From Candidatus Freyarchaeum deiterrae (GTDB taxonomy: Archaea > Asgardarchaeota > Jordiarchaeia > Jordiarchaeales > Jordiarchaeaceae): DNA of 64,000 nucleotides. The stretch lies in the NCBI GenBank assembly GCA_037305845.1, contig CP147778.1:1024001-1088000 (forward strand). The letters run 5' to 3'. Shown here one piece after another: positions 40,402 through 49,836 of the stretch. The position numbers were made by a program, and so were the translations under genes. The notes beneath the pieces are model-generated. The model made no database searches. It saw only the letters and a list, made by a program, of their open reading frames with translations, and was not told the DNA's origin. Within the stretch, counting starts at the first letter, position 1, and each line of letters starts with the position of its first letter.

Positions 40402-40416
40402 AGAAAAGTTTATAAG
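40402..40416 (+). promoter_or_regulatory. BRE-TATA-like element with no downstream protein gene
   Basis: AGAAAAGTTTATAAG. Confidence 0.5.
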
Positions 40417-40516
40417 TTCATCGGAAAATAGTTACTTCCGATAGAAAAAACAACTAAACAAATAGTTAAACTCTAAAAACGGTTCAAAACGAGCCGAATG
40501 GAGTTTTACACTAAAT

Positions 40517-40670
40517 TCCCTCTCTCCCTCCTAAAGCTCCCCTCCCCTCCGCGGAGGGGGGCTCCAAATGTTACATGCTTATCTCCCTCTCTCCCTCCTT
40601 AGAGGCCCTCCTCCCTTCTTTGGGAGGAGGGGTTTAAAATTTCATGCTTATCTCTCTCCCTCCCTCCCTC
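40517..40670. repeat. Tandem about 67-69 bp units: pyrimidine-rich repeat plus variable GC hairpin
   Basis: TCCCTCTCTCCCTCCT at 40517 and 40584; CATGCTTATCTC at 40574 and 40643; hairpins 40544-59 and 40606-31. Confidence 0.75.
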
Positions 40671-40803
40671 ATTACTTTTCCTTACTTTTGTTTTACTTGA
40701 TTGGTGGTCTTTTTTGGTGTTTGTATTTTTTGTTTCTAGTTTGATTAAGTTTATTTTTCAAGTATGGAACAAAATGGGAATTGAAAGAGTGCAGAGGGGG
40801 TGA

Positions 40804-43065
40804 TTATATTTTGATTTCTTTGCTCTTGGAGAAGACCATTGGTGTTATTATTTCTTGGTTGAATTTGATGTAGCCTTGTTGTTCGGAGACTATGGCTACT
40901 ATTTCTTCTCTGGAGGTTACGGGTGCAAATAGTACTTCTTCTTTGTCCCTTATTACGCACCAAATGTCTTTGTTGGGGTAGTTGAGAAATTTTACGTTTC
41001 CCTGTCTTGAGAAGTGTTTTATGACAGATTCGAAAACTTTCATATCAATGTTTGAGGCGACGGTTGTTTTGAAATCCTTGATGTTCAGTAGCTCTTCCAA
41101 AATTTCTGGGATGGGTTCGGGGGATATTATTATCATGTTTTTCTTTGTTCTCTTAGCCATGGATTTGGTGTGGGCTATGATGGCTTTCTCTCCTATTAAG
41201 GGCCATGTTTTTGTGTCCATGGTAAAGGAGTTGTAGGAGGCTTCCCATATTTTTCTTAGGATTTCCTCTTTTTTCCCGACTTGTGAGGTAATGTTTTCGG
41301 ATTTTTCGATTAGGTCTTTAAGGTTTTTATCCACGATTTCCTTTGATTCCGTGTAGCTTTTCGTTATGATTGAAGCTATTTTTTCTTCGAAGGGGCTGAG
41401 TTCTTCTATGTAGGGGGAGGTTTGTTGGTTTATGGATGTGGAGAAATCAACGTAAAGCCCATCGATCATTTTATCGTATTCGAAGGCGTTGCTCTGTAAT
41501 AGTTGGGCGAGTTTCTTTCGGAGATAGAGAACGCTGTATTCTAGCAGTTTGATTCTGTTCCTGATGTTATTCTTATGTGTGGAAAAAAGTTCCTTTGATC
41601 CATTTTCAAATGAGGATAAGGCCTCGTTGACGTTTTTATAAGCATTGTCGATGTAGTTTCCTATCTCTTGCTCCAGCTGGGCGCTTACCTTTTCATAATC
41701 ATCGCTGTTATTTCTAATTATTTCCGAAACTCTATCAGAGATTTTGGATTCTATTGGAGGATATTTCAGTGTAATGCGTTCCTTGACTTTCTGCTCAACA
41801 TTGCTGATCTCGACTTTTGCATCGTTGGTTTTTTCATCTAGGAAAGTTGAGAAACTTTTGCTAATCTGTTCGGTGATTTCATTCGCTGAAGAAATCTGGT
41901 CCGATATAGCTTTTCGGTAATCAGCGTTCAAATTTTTAACCGTCTCATATATGTTCTTGGTCTGTCCATTCAATTCATCAAGAAAAGCGTCTCCTTTTAG
42001 AATTGCACCGGTAAAGGCTTTTTTACGAGGAGATAGAGAGGATACGGAATTAGACAAGTCTTGGGAAACGTTCTGTAATCCTTCAATAATGCTCCTTACT
42101 CTGGGTTCGAATGAAGCCAGCACATCCAAATACTCGTTGCGTAAACCATTAAGAGTCTCTAAATATTTATTTTTAAAAGATTCCGCTTTTTCACCTGTAA
42201 TATCCAAAATAGTCTTGAGTAAATCAAGAATACTTGCCTCAACCTCTTCAACGGATTTTCTTAAATCGTTTGAATCCTCATCCATGATAACTCTGATCTT
42301 ATTATTTAAATCGGAATTATTTTTCTCATGCCTTGAACGGTGGTCAGTCAAGATGGATGCGAACTGCAACTTAATAAGTTCGAATCGGCTATGAATATCT
42401 TTTATAAAAGCGGAAAGCGTATTACCCGTCAGATCTACCAGAGAAGAAATATCTCCCTCTACATTAGAAGTAAATTCAGAGGTAATATCTAAAAGATTGA
42501 AACTTTTTTTCTCCTCCAAACGCTCAATATCATTCATGCTTACAATTCCCGTAGAGAGCGTAGAGTGTATAGCCTCCTCAATGGAAACACTTAAACCCCT
42601 GAAAGCATCGGCACTCTCCTCAAACCTAGAAGCCATAATTTTGGAAAAATCCTCAACGAAGGACTTTAAATTCTCCACCCGTGTATGCGTCACATGAGAA
42701 ATCTCTTCAACCGATGAATTCTTACCCTTCTCAAGTCTCTCGAAAAGATCCTGATACCTTAAACCCACAGTGTCTCGCAAATCCTCAAAAGAGCTACTCA
42801 AATCTTCATAAGTAATCAGAAACCCAGCCAAAAAAGGATTCAAAGCCACAAAACCCTCCACTTCACCGGGAGTCTTTCTTACAAAACGCAATTCCACCAA
42901 GCGATCCAGAATACTCTTGCAAGCATCCACAGACAATCCAGTCAAGAAAGAGACGTCACCCAAAGCTAAACGACTCGCACCCAAAACAGCCAAATAAACT
43001 TTAACCTCATCTTCTCTCAAATCCAATTTCTTCATAAACTCCGAAATAACCTCGTCCAAACCCAT
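40804..43065 (-). CDS. TrmB-like HTH plus long helical/coiled-coil insert plus TrmB/PLD-like C-terminal domain
   Basis: LDLREDEVKVYLAVL...ALNP N-terminus; about 500 aa amphipathic helical middle; WPLIGEKAI...IIISP...VIRDKEEVLFAP. Confidence 0.8.
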   Translation of the reverse strand: MGLDEVISEFMKKLDLREDEVKVYLAVLGASRLALGDVSFLTGLSVDACKSILDRLVELRFVRKTPGEVEGFVALNPFLAGFLITYEDLSSSFEDLRDTVGLRYQDLFERLEKGKNSSVEEISHVTHTRVENLKSFVEDFSKIMASRFEESADAFRGLSVSIEEAIHSTLSTGIVSMNDIERLEEKKSFNLLDITSEFTSNVEGDISSLVDLTGNTLSAFIKDIHSRFELIKLQFASILTDHRSRHEKNNSDLNNKIRVIMDEDSNDLRKSVEEVEASILDLLKTILDITGEKAESFKNKYLETLNGLRNEYLDVLASFEPRVRSIIEGLQNVSQDLSNSVSSLSPRKKAFTGAILKGDAFLDELNGQTKNIYETVKNLNADYRKAISDQISSANEITEQISKSFSTFLDEKTNDAKVEISNVEQKVKERITLKYPPIESKISDRVSEIIRNNSDDYEKVSAQLEQEIGNYIDNAYKNVNEALSSFENGSKELFSTHKNNIRNRIKLLEYSVLYLRKKLAQLLQSNAFEYDKMIDGLYVDFSTSINQQTSPYIEELSPFEEKIASIITKSYTESKEIVDKNLKDLIEKSENITSQVGKKEEILRKIWEASYNSFTMDTKTWPLIGEKAIIAHTKSMAKRTKKNMIIISPEPIPEILEELLNIKDFKTTVASNIDMKVFESVIKHFSRQGNVKFLNYPNKDIWCVIRDKEEVLFAPVTSREEIVAIVSEQQGYIKFNQEIITPMVFSKSKEIKI

Positions 43066-43421
43066 AAAAATTCCCCGACATACTAATTAAATGAAAAATA
43101 ACAACAAAATATATATCTCTTTTGAAGAAAAAGGCAAAACAAACCTAGATAAAAACAAAAGAACAGCCTTATAACAATCCAATTTCAAGACAAACATCAT
43201 TAATATCTATTTGCACCCAAATCACCCAACCTATTAATAACAAGCACTTCAATTGTCAAATTAAATATTCGAACGCATCACTCAAAGTCAATACAAGTTT
43301 ATAGCTGAATAAGACTGTTTGAAAGCATCATTCCAAAAAAGAGATAAACATATATCCATGTCGCCGTAAATTTGAAAATGTTTATAACCGCTAGAAAACA
43401 AAAGCGCGAAGATGAGGGAAG

Positions 43422-44612
43422 ATGGCATACTACGACCCAAACGACCCCGATATGAAGACAATAAAAGTTGAGTACGATGTTAAAAAACTAGTGGAATCCC
43501 TAAGAAATTCAAGCTGGGGCATTCGACAGGCTGCGGCAAACGCCCTCGTAAAGATCGGAGAAGCGGCAGTAGAACCACTTATCGGAGCACTAAATGATAA
43601 TAGTCATACCCGAATAACATCAATATGGGCACTGGGAGAAATAGGAGACAAAAGAGCCACAGAACCACTCACACAAGCACTAAAAGACAACGATTGGCAT
43701 GTGCGAGAAGCCGCAGCAATAGCCCTCGGAAACATAAAAGACGAGAGAGCGGTACAACCACTAATACAAGCACTAAGGGATGAAGATGCCGATGTTTGGA
43801 TCAAAGCAGTCACGGCACTAGGAGAAACAGGAAAACCAGCAGTAGAACCACTAATCGGGGCATTAAAAGATGAAAACAAAAACGTTCGATGGGGAGCAGC
43901 GCAAGCGCTAGGAAAGATAAAAGACAAAAGAGCCGCAGAACCACTCGCACAAGCACTAAAAGACCAAGACAAAAGTGTCTGTAAAAGCGCCGCACAAGCA
44001 CTGGGAGAAATAGGAGACAAAAGAACTGTGGAACCACTAATACAAACACTAAAAAATGAAAACAAGGACATCCAAGTGGAAGCAGCGCAAGCGCTAGGAA
44101 AGACAAAAGACAAAAGAGCGGTACAACCACTAACACAACTATTAAAGGACAAAGACAAGGATATCCGTAAAAGCGCCGCACAAGCACTGGGGGAAATAGG
44201 AGACGAAAAGGCGTCAGAACCACTCGCACAAGCACTAAAAGACGAAGACGAAGACGAGGATGTGAAAGCAGAAGCAACACTAGCCCTAGTAAAAATGAAA
44301 GACGAGAGAGCGGTACAACCACTAACACAATTTCTGAAAAGCGAAGATAGAAGGATTCGAAAAAGAGTAACAGATACCCTCATAGAAATAGGAGAACCAG
44401 CGGTACAACCATTAATACAAGCACTAAAAGACAAAGACGACCGCGCTCGATACAGAGCAGCATGGACACTAGGAGAAATAGGAGACACAAGAGCTGAAAA
44501 ACCGCTAACACAAACGCTAAACAACGACACAGAAATAGAAGTCAAACTATTCGCAGAAAAAGCACTAGAAAAACTCAAAACAAAAAAAGGCGAAATGAAA
44601 CCAAACTACTAA
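43422..44612 (+). CDS. HEAT-repeat (PBS lyase-like/alphaRep) protein
   Basis: About 11-12 31-aa repeats VR..AA.ALGEIGD.RA.EPL.QALKD; DNA-level repeats visible. Confidence 0.95.
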   Translation: MAYYDPNDPDMKTIKVEYDVKKLVESLRNSSWGIRQAAANALVKIGEAAVEPLIGALNDNSHTRITSIWALGEIGDKRATEPLTQALKDNDWHVREAAAIALGNIKDERAVQPLIQALRDEDADVWIKAVTALGETGKPAVEPLIGALKDENKNVRWGAAQALGKIKDKRAAEPLAQALKDQDKSVCKSAAQALGEIGDKRTVEPLIQTLKNENKDIQVEAAQALGKTKDKRAVQPLTQLLKDKDKDIRKSAAQALGEIGDEKASEPLAQALKDEDEDEDVKAEATLALVKMKDERAVQPLTQFLKSEDRRIRKRVTDTLIEIGEPAVQPLIQALKDKDDRARYRAAWTLGEIGDTRAEKPLTQTLNNDTEIEVKLFAEKALEKLKTKKGEMKPNY

Positions 44613-44822
44613 ACCACTACTCAAACTCAACTAAACATCGCAAAAAAAATTATTATACAACATGTTTCAAAAAACACAAACCAGACAAACTGTTATAGTA
44701 AACATTCATATTTTTTGAAACTTACAAGCAACCACAGAATCACTTCTTATAAATTAATCCGAAAATATAAATCCCTCAACCTTAAATTCGGGAACTATAG
44801 CCTCCATCATTTAGTCTTGTTA

Positions 44823-45036
44823 TGCGATTGAAAAATCGCAAGAGGGAAAAATATATGGAAAACTCCTGAGAAAATAAGTCGCTTTCCCCCACCACAAGCA
44901 GTGGAAGGGGAATTAGATTGCGGTGTTCATCCAGCTAGAAAACGAGGGGTGGCTTCATCGCCAACACATAAAAGTGCGCTGGGAGAGGGGAGATAAAACA
45001 TAGGGGAGGAGGGCGTGAAATTGGGAGGAGGGGAAG
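44823..45036 (+). other. Structured intergenic element with purine-rich repeats related to the 40.5 kb element
   Basis: Palindrome TGCGATT-GAAA-AATCGCA 44823-40, TATA-like AAAAATATAT, hairpin TTCCCC..CCAC/GTGG..GGGGAA, two GGGAGGAGGG copies, GGGAGAGGGGAGATAA. Confidence 0.5.
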
Positions 45037-45328
45037 TCATGCACATATTAGTCGGCTCGGCCATGTTTACTCTCTTTTGCTTTCTTTGTGCATATATAGT
45101 TTTCGGAAGATTTTGTATTTTTCGCAAAAATATTTTGTTTTTCACTTTTATTTGTATCTTATTCTTGAGAGATTCGCAAAAAAGGCGCGTTTTTAGTTAG
45201 AAGTTCAAAAAATTTTACACATTTTCAGCCGTTTACTGAAATATTTAATCTCTAATTGGGCGCCCTATTTTAGGAACCTAAGGTTTACATTTTTAGATAT
45301 ATTGTTTTGCGGTTCTCAGTTTTTTATC

Positions 45329-45658
45329 CTATTTTATTTTTGTCCCAGCTGGGGTCTCCTCTTCCGGTGTTATTAGTATTGGTCGTCCGTTTAGGTCGGC
45401 TGCTAGTATCATTCCTCTGGATTCGAGTCCCATCAATTCTTTGGGTTCCAGATTGACTAGTACGACTACGTTTTTGCCGGTTAGATCCTCGGGTTTCAGG
45501 TATTCGGCCACACCGGCTACGATTTGTCTAGTCTCTCCTTGCCCTATTTCCACTTTCATGTTTATGAGTTTTTTAGCGGTTGGGACTTTTTCTGCTTTTA
45601 TTATTTTTCCTATTCTTAGGTCCATTTTTTGGAATTCTTTGAGGGTTATTGTGGTCAT
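45329..45658 (-). CDS. tRNA-binding OB-fold protein (MetRS C-terminal/Trbp111/CsaA-like)
   Basis: FQKMDLRIGKI, RQIVAGV, NLEPK.LMGLESRGMIL. Confidence 0.92.
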   Translation of the reverse strand: MTTITLKEFQKMDLRIGKIIKAEKVPTAKKLINMKVEIGQGETRQIVAGVAEYLKPEDLTGKNVVVLVNLEPKELMGLESRGMILAADLNGRPILITPEEETPAGTKIK

Positions 45659-45750
45659 TTTTCCACTTCTACTTTCGCTTTCCTTAGTTTAATTGTTAGT
45701 TATGTTTATTAGTTTTAATGGGTGGCTGGGAGTGTTTTTTTGTTTTGTGG

Positions 45751-46971
45751 TTATTGAACTAGTTGGAGGTGGCGGAGTTGGTTAAGTAGGTTTAGGAGTT
45801 GTCTATCTCCTTTTGCTGCTGCCTTTAGGAAGATTCCTATTTTTTTTCCGGCGGTAAGTTCTACTACGTTTTGTCCGGTGAGTATTTGTGCGAGTTTGTC
45901 GAGCAGCGAGTCTTCGGCTTCTGCCAGTAGTTTTTGTAGGTCTAGCATTTGTTCGAATTCTTTCTGGTATTTTTCTTTCCATCGCTCTTCATAGAGTGAG
46001 AGGGCTTCTTCGCTGGTGTCTTCTTCGGTTATGGCTTCTGTTGCTACTTCTCCAGCTATGCTTCCACAGACTATCGCGTATCCCATGCCCCCGCCAGTAA
46101 TGGGGTGGACTTGTCCTGCTGCGTCTCCTACTAGCATTAGGTTATCCTGTACGTTTTTGGGATTGGGGCCTCCCATGGGTAGGGCTCCGACTCGGAATTC
46201 TATTACTTTAGCGTTTTCGCAGATTTCTTTGCCTCGGGGGTTGTGTTTGATGAAGTCTTGTAGGTATTCAAAGGCGGTTTTTTCTCCCATTCCTCCTCCT
46301 ATTCCTAGTCCGATGTTGGCTCGGTTTTCGCTTTTGGGGAAGACCCATACGTATCCACGGGGGGAGACTTGTTTTCCGAGGTAGAATTCAAGTAGGTCAG
46401 TGTCGTCTATTTTAACGTTTACCATTTCATATTGTGCACAGCTTTCTATGTCTTTGATTTTGACATTTTTTCTTAGTCCGGAAAGTTTTGCTATTGTACT
46501 GTTAACTCCGTCTGCGCCTACTACCACTTTGGCTTCTATTTCGACTTTTTCACCGAGTCTTCTGCCTATTATCCCGCTGATTTGATCATTTTTGTATAGA
46601 AATTCGGTGACGTTTACTCCTACAAGGGCTTCAGCACCAGCCTCACAGGCCTTCGCTAGTAGTTCCTTGTCGAATATGCGGCGATCAATAATATATCCTT
46701 CTGGTTCTGATTTAGCATAGTCCACTTTGGCTAGGTTGGGGCTGTAGATGCGGAATCCGCGGATGGTATTGATTACTGCATTTTTAGGAACGTCAATTTC
46801 AGCGATTGAAGGCCCGGTTTTTCCAAGGGCTTCTCCGCAGTGCACGGGAATGCCTACGTGGGTTTTACGATCTATGATTAAAACTTTGCCGCCTTTTTTC
46901 AGGGCGGACATGGCTGTTGAGGTTCCTCCAGGTCCTGCTCCTACTACTAATAAATCGGTTTTGAGTTCCAT
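45751..46971 (-). CDS. Digeranylgeranylglycerophospholipid (geranylgeranyl) reductase
   Basis: GAGPGG, PVHCGE, GADG, PRGYVWVFPK, VGDAAG.VHPITGGG. Confidence 0.92.
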   Translation of the reverse strand: MELKTDLLVVGAGPGGTSTAMSALKKGGKVLIIDRKTHVGIPVHCGEALGKTGPSIAEIDVPKNAVINTIRGFRIYSPNLAKVDYAKSEPEGYIIDRRIFDKELLAKACEAGAEALVGVNVTEFLYKNDQISGIIGRRLGEKVEIEAKVVVGADGVNSTIAKLSGLRKNVKIKDIESCAQYEMVNVKIDDTDLLEFYLGKQVSPRGYVWVFPKSENRANIGLGIGGGMGEKTAFEYLQDFIKHNPRGKEICENAKVIEFRVGALPMGGPNPKNVQDNLMLVGDAAGQVHPITGGGMGYAIVCGSIAGEVATEAITEEDTSEEALSLYEERWKEKYQKEFEQMLDLQKLLAEAEDSLLDKLAQILTGQNVVELTAGKKIGIFLKAAAKGDRQLLNLLNQLRHLQLVQ

Positions 46972-47160
46972 TTATATCACCTAATGAATGGGTCTGAAAT
47001 TGATAATCTGTTACAGGAAAGGTTTTATGAATTGCGGAAATGCGACTCTTATTTATCTTTTTAACTCTCCGAGGTGGGGATGGATAAAAGTGAGAATTCT
47101 AGTTATATTCTTGAGGAAATATAAAGGTAAATGTGCTTGGTTCCTATTTAAAATGATGGT

Positions 47161-47340
47161 TTAAGATGTTTTTTCCTCAATTATTATTGCACCTATAGGA
47201 CAGACTTTGAAACATACTCCACAATTGTTACAGGTTTGAACATCTACCACCGCCTCGTGTTCTTCGATACATACAGCATTCCTTGGGCATACGCTTGCAC
47301 ATGCTGCACATATTCCGCAAAGTTCTCTCTTGATTTTCAT
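47161..47340 (-). CDS. 2[4Fe-4S] ferredoxin (59 aa), absent from the ORF track
   Basis: CGICAACASVCP and CNNCGVCFKVCP; upstream of GGR. Confidence 0.95.
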   Translation of the reverse strand: MKIKRELCGICAACASVCPRNAVCIEEHEAVVDVQTCNNCGVCFKVCPIGAIIIEEKTS

Positions 47341-47698
47341 TGAGCTACTTCCTGAATTTGTTTAGTTATATTCCCAATGAAGATTTAAATTATTATCTTT
47401 ATCTCCCTTTAGACTTCTTATACTTATTGTTGTAGATACTTAAATTAATTTAGGGAGTTGTAATAGCCTAGTTGTCTATAAGGGGAAAAATTATTTAAAG
47501 AAAATCTTTTTTACCCCACATGTAATACTGACATATAATTAAAATACAAAATTTGAAAGGAAAAGTGAAGTGTTAAAAAATTCATCTGTACTCCCAATCT
47601 TTTACACTATATTTGTAATGAGATAGTAGATATGCCTAAAACTTTAGTTTGCAACTACTGTTCAAGAGTGCTAATACCACTATGGAGGTGATTGGATT

Positions 47699-47872
47699 AT
47701 GGTCAAGTGTAAATGTCCAGAATGTGGCGCTAATTTAGACCTCGAAGACCCAGTTGTAAGAGAAATAGTTGAGTGCCCAGATTGCGGAGCCGAGCTTGAA
47801 GTGGTAAGCGTAGAAACGAATAAAGTTAGTCTGAAAACCGCAGAGATTGAGGGCGAAGACTGGGGAGAATAA
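47699..47872 (+). CDS. lysW: LysW amino-group carrier protein (57 aa), absent from the ORF track
   Basis: CPECG...CPDCG Zn ribbon and C-terminal EDWGE; GGAGGTGA RBS. Confidence 0.98.
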   Translation: MVKCKCPECGANLDLEDPVVREIVECPDCGAELEVVSVETNKVSLKTAEIEGEDWGE

Positions 47873-47923
47873 ATAGAGCGATAGATTTTAATCGGCGAAA
47901 TCAACAAAAGAAGGTACTAAAGG

Positions 47924-48778
47924 TTGAAAACTATTGGTATGATAATCGATCGAGTAAGATGGGACGAGAAGTCTCTGATCGAAGCCGCAAAACGAAAAAA
48001 CATCAAATTAGTTCTGATCGATGGAAAAGACATCTTCTTAGAAGCTACAGGGGATTGTGATCGCATACCCGAGGCTGACATATATCTTCAGCGCACGGTG
48101 AGCACTTTCAAGGGTCTCTACATCACAAAAATTTTGGAGAGCAAGGGTAAACCTGTGGTTAATTCCTATGCGGTGTCCAGCGTCTGTGCAGATAAGCTTC
48201 TCACAACCCTAGCCCTAAGGAAAGCAGGCATACCCAGCCCCAGAACTTTTGTAGCTTTCGATATCGACGCCGCTCTTAACACTTTGGAGGAGTTGGGATA
48301 CCCTGCGATAATTAAACCAGTGTTTGGGAGCTGGGGAAGACTGATAGCCCCCCTAAAGGATCCCCAATCCGCTAAAGCCATATTAGAGAGCAGAGAATCT
48401 ATGGGAGCGCTTTACCAAATTTATTATATTCAGGAATTTGTGAATAAAATGAATAATAGGGATATTAGAAGTTTTGTCATAGGCGATAAGGTTGTTACAG
48501 CGATATATCGTATTGCTGGCCAGGATGAATGGCGAACAAACACTGCCCTCGGGGGAAGAGCGGAACAGTGTCCGGTAACCCCCGAAATAGAGGATTTAAG
48601 TTTGAGGGCCGCCAAAGCCCTCGGAGAAGGAGTATTTGGAGTTGACATATTAGAAACCTCAGAGAATATGTTTGTTAATGAAGTTAATCACACAATGGAA
48701 TACCATACTACTGTGCCTTTAACTGGTGTGGACATTCCCGGAATGTTAATAGATTATTGTTTGGAGATAGTGAAATGA
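47924..48778 (+). CDS. lysX: LysX/ArgX ATP-grasp LysW ligase
   Basis: KPVFGSWGR, QEFV, RDIR, WRTNTALGG, NEVNHTMEY. Confidence 0.95.
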   Translation: MKTIGMIIDRVRWDEKSLIEAAKRKNIKLVLIDGKDIFLEATGDCDRIPEADIYLQRTVSTFKGLYITKILESKGKPVVNSYAVSSVCADKLLTTLALRKAGIPSPRTFVAFDIDAALNTLEELGYPAIIKPVFGSWGRLIAPLKDPQSAKAILESRESMGALYQIYYIQEFVNKMNNRDIRSFVIGDKVVTAIYRIAGQDEWRTNTALGGRAEQCPVTPEIEDLSLRAAKALGEGVFGVDILETSENMFVNEVNHTMEYHTTVPLTGVDIPGMLIDYCLEIVK

Positions 48779-49824
48779 GAGTTGGAATTGTTGGAGCTTC
48801 AGGGTACACGGGTGGAGACCTAACAAGACTGTTACTCTTTCACCCCGACGCGGAATTAACCTGTGTAACGTCTAGACAGTTTTCTGGAAAATATTTGAGC
48901 AGCCTGCATCCGAATCTAAGAGGTATAAGCCAAATAAAGTTTGAGGACTACAACGTGAACACTGTTACCGATAAATGCGACTACGCCTTCCTCGCAGTGC
49001 CGCATCGAGCCTCTATGAGCATTATGCCTGAATTACTGGAAACTGGATTAAAGATAATAGATTTGAGCGCTGATTTCAGAATAAAAAACCTGGAAACCTA
49101 CGAGTACTACTATGGTAAACATGAACACCCAGAACTTCTAGAAAAATCAGTCTACGGCATCTCCGAACTCCACAAAGAAGAAATCAAAAAAGCCAAACTG
49201 GTTTCCTGCCCCGGATGCATGGCTTCAAGCGCCATACTCGGCGCCGCACCTATGATGGGTACTGGAGCTGTGGACTTGGAGAAAATAGTAATCGATTCCA
49301 AAGTAGGATCCTCAGCTTCGGGAAGGGAATTCTCTCTCTCAACACATCACCCAGAAAGGGCGAACGTTGTAAGACCTTACAAGGCCACCAACCATAGGCA
49401 CACTGCCGAGATGGAGCAGGAACTAAGTGCGTTGGCCGGAAAGCAGGTGAAGGTTGCATTTTCCGCTCACGCAGTGGACATGGTAAGGGGCATTCTAACG
49501 ACTATACATCTGTTTCTTGAAAAGGAGCTAACCGAACAAGAAGTTTGGGGCACTCTCCGAGAATTCTATACAGGTCAGCCGTTCATAAGACTCATTAAGC
49601 AGAAAACAGGAATCTACAGACTACCCGACCCCAAAGTCGTTGTAGGAACTAACTACTGTGATATAGGATTCGAAATAGACGAGCATATGCCTCGTATAGT
49701 GATTTTTTCTGCTATAGATAATTTAATTAAAGGTGCGGCGGGGCAGGCGGTTCAGTGTATGAACATTATGGAAGGAATAGATGAAACCAGGGGTCTAACA
49801 TTTCCAGGACTTCACCCATATTGA
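48775..49824 (+). CDS. lysY: LysW-aminoadipyl/glutamyl-phosphate reductase (start ATG 48775, ATGA overlap)
   Basis: GASGYTGG, DLSADFR, CPGC, HRHTAE, DNLIKGAAG. Confidence 0.95.
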   Translation: MRVGIVGASGYTGGDLTRLLLFHPDAELTCVTSRQFSGKYLSSLHPNLRGISQIKFEDYNVNTVTDKCDYAFLAVPHRASMSIMPELLETGLKIIDLSADFRIKNLETYEYYYGKHEHPELLEKSVYGISELHKEEIKKAKLVSCPGCMASSAILGAAPMMGTGAVDLEKIVIDSKVGSSASGREFSLSTHHPERANVVRPYKATNHRHTAEMEQELSALAGKQVKVAFSAHAVDMVRGILTTIHLFLEKELTEQEVWGTLREFYTGQPFIRLIKQKTGIYRLPDPKVVVGTNYCDIGFEIDEHMPRIVIFSAIDNLIKGAAGQAVQCMNIMEGIDETRGLTFPGLHPY

Positions 49825-49836
49825 GGACGCGATTAG

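Noticed and set aside
40517-40670. CRISPR array
   Set aside because: Only 2-3 low-complexity degenerate units, the spacers are self-complementary hairpins, and there are no cas genes in the window
43604-44578. Long antisense ORFs (324 aa and 172 aa)
   Set aside because: Shadows of the T-poor HEAT-repeat gene
43422-44612. About 93-bp DNA repeats as a non-coding array or DGR template/variable pair
   Set aside because: In-frame HEAT repeats; no reverse transcriptase nearby
44923-44967. Minus-strand GGCGATGAAGCC...GATGAACAC as a fluoride riboswitch or C/D sRNA
   Set aside because: Lacks the crcB pseudoknot pairing and properly placed CTGA D boxes
47680-47907. Minus-strand 75-aa ORF
   Set aside because: Antisense shadow of lysW
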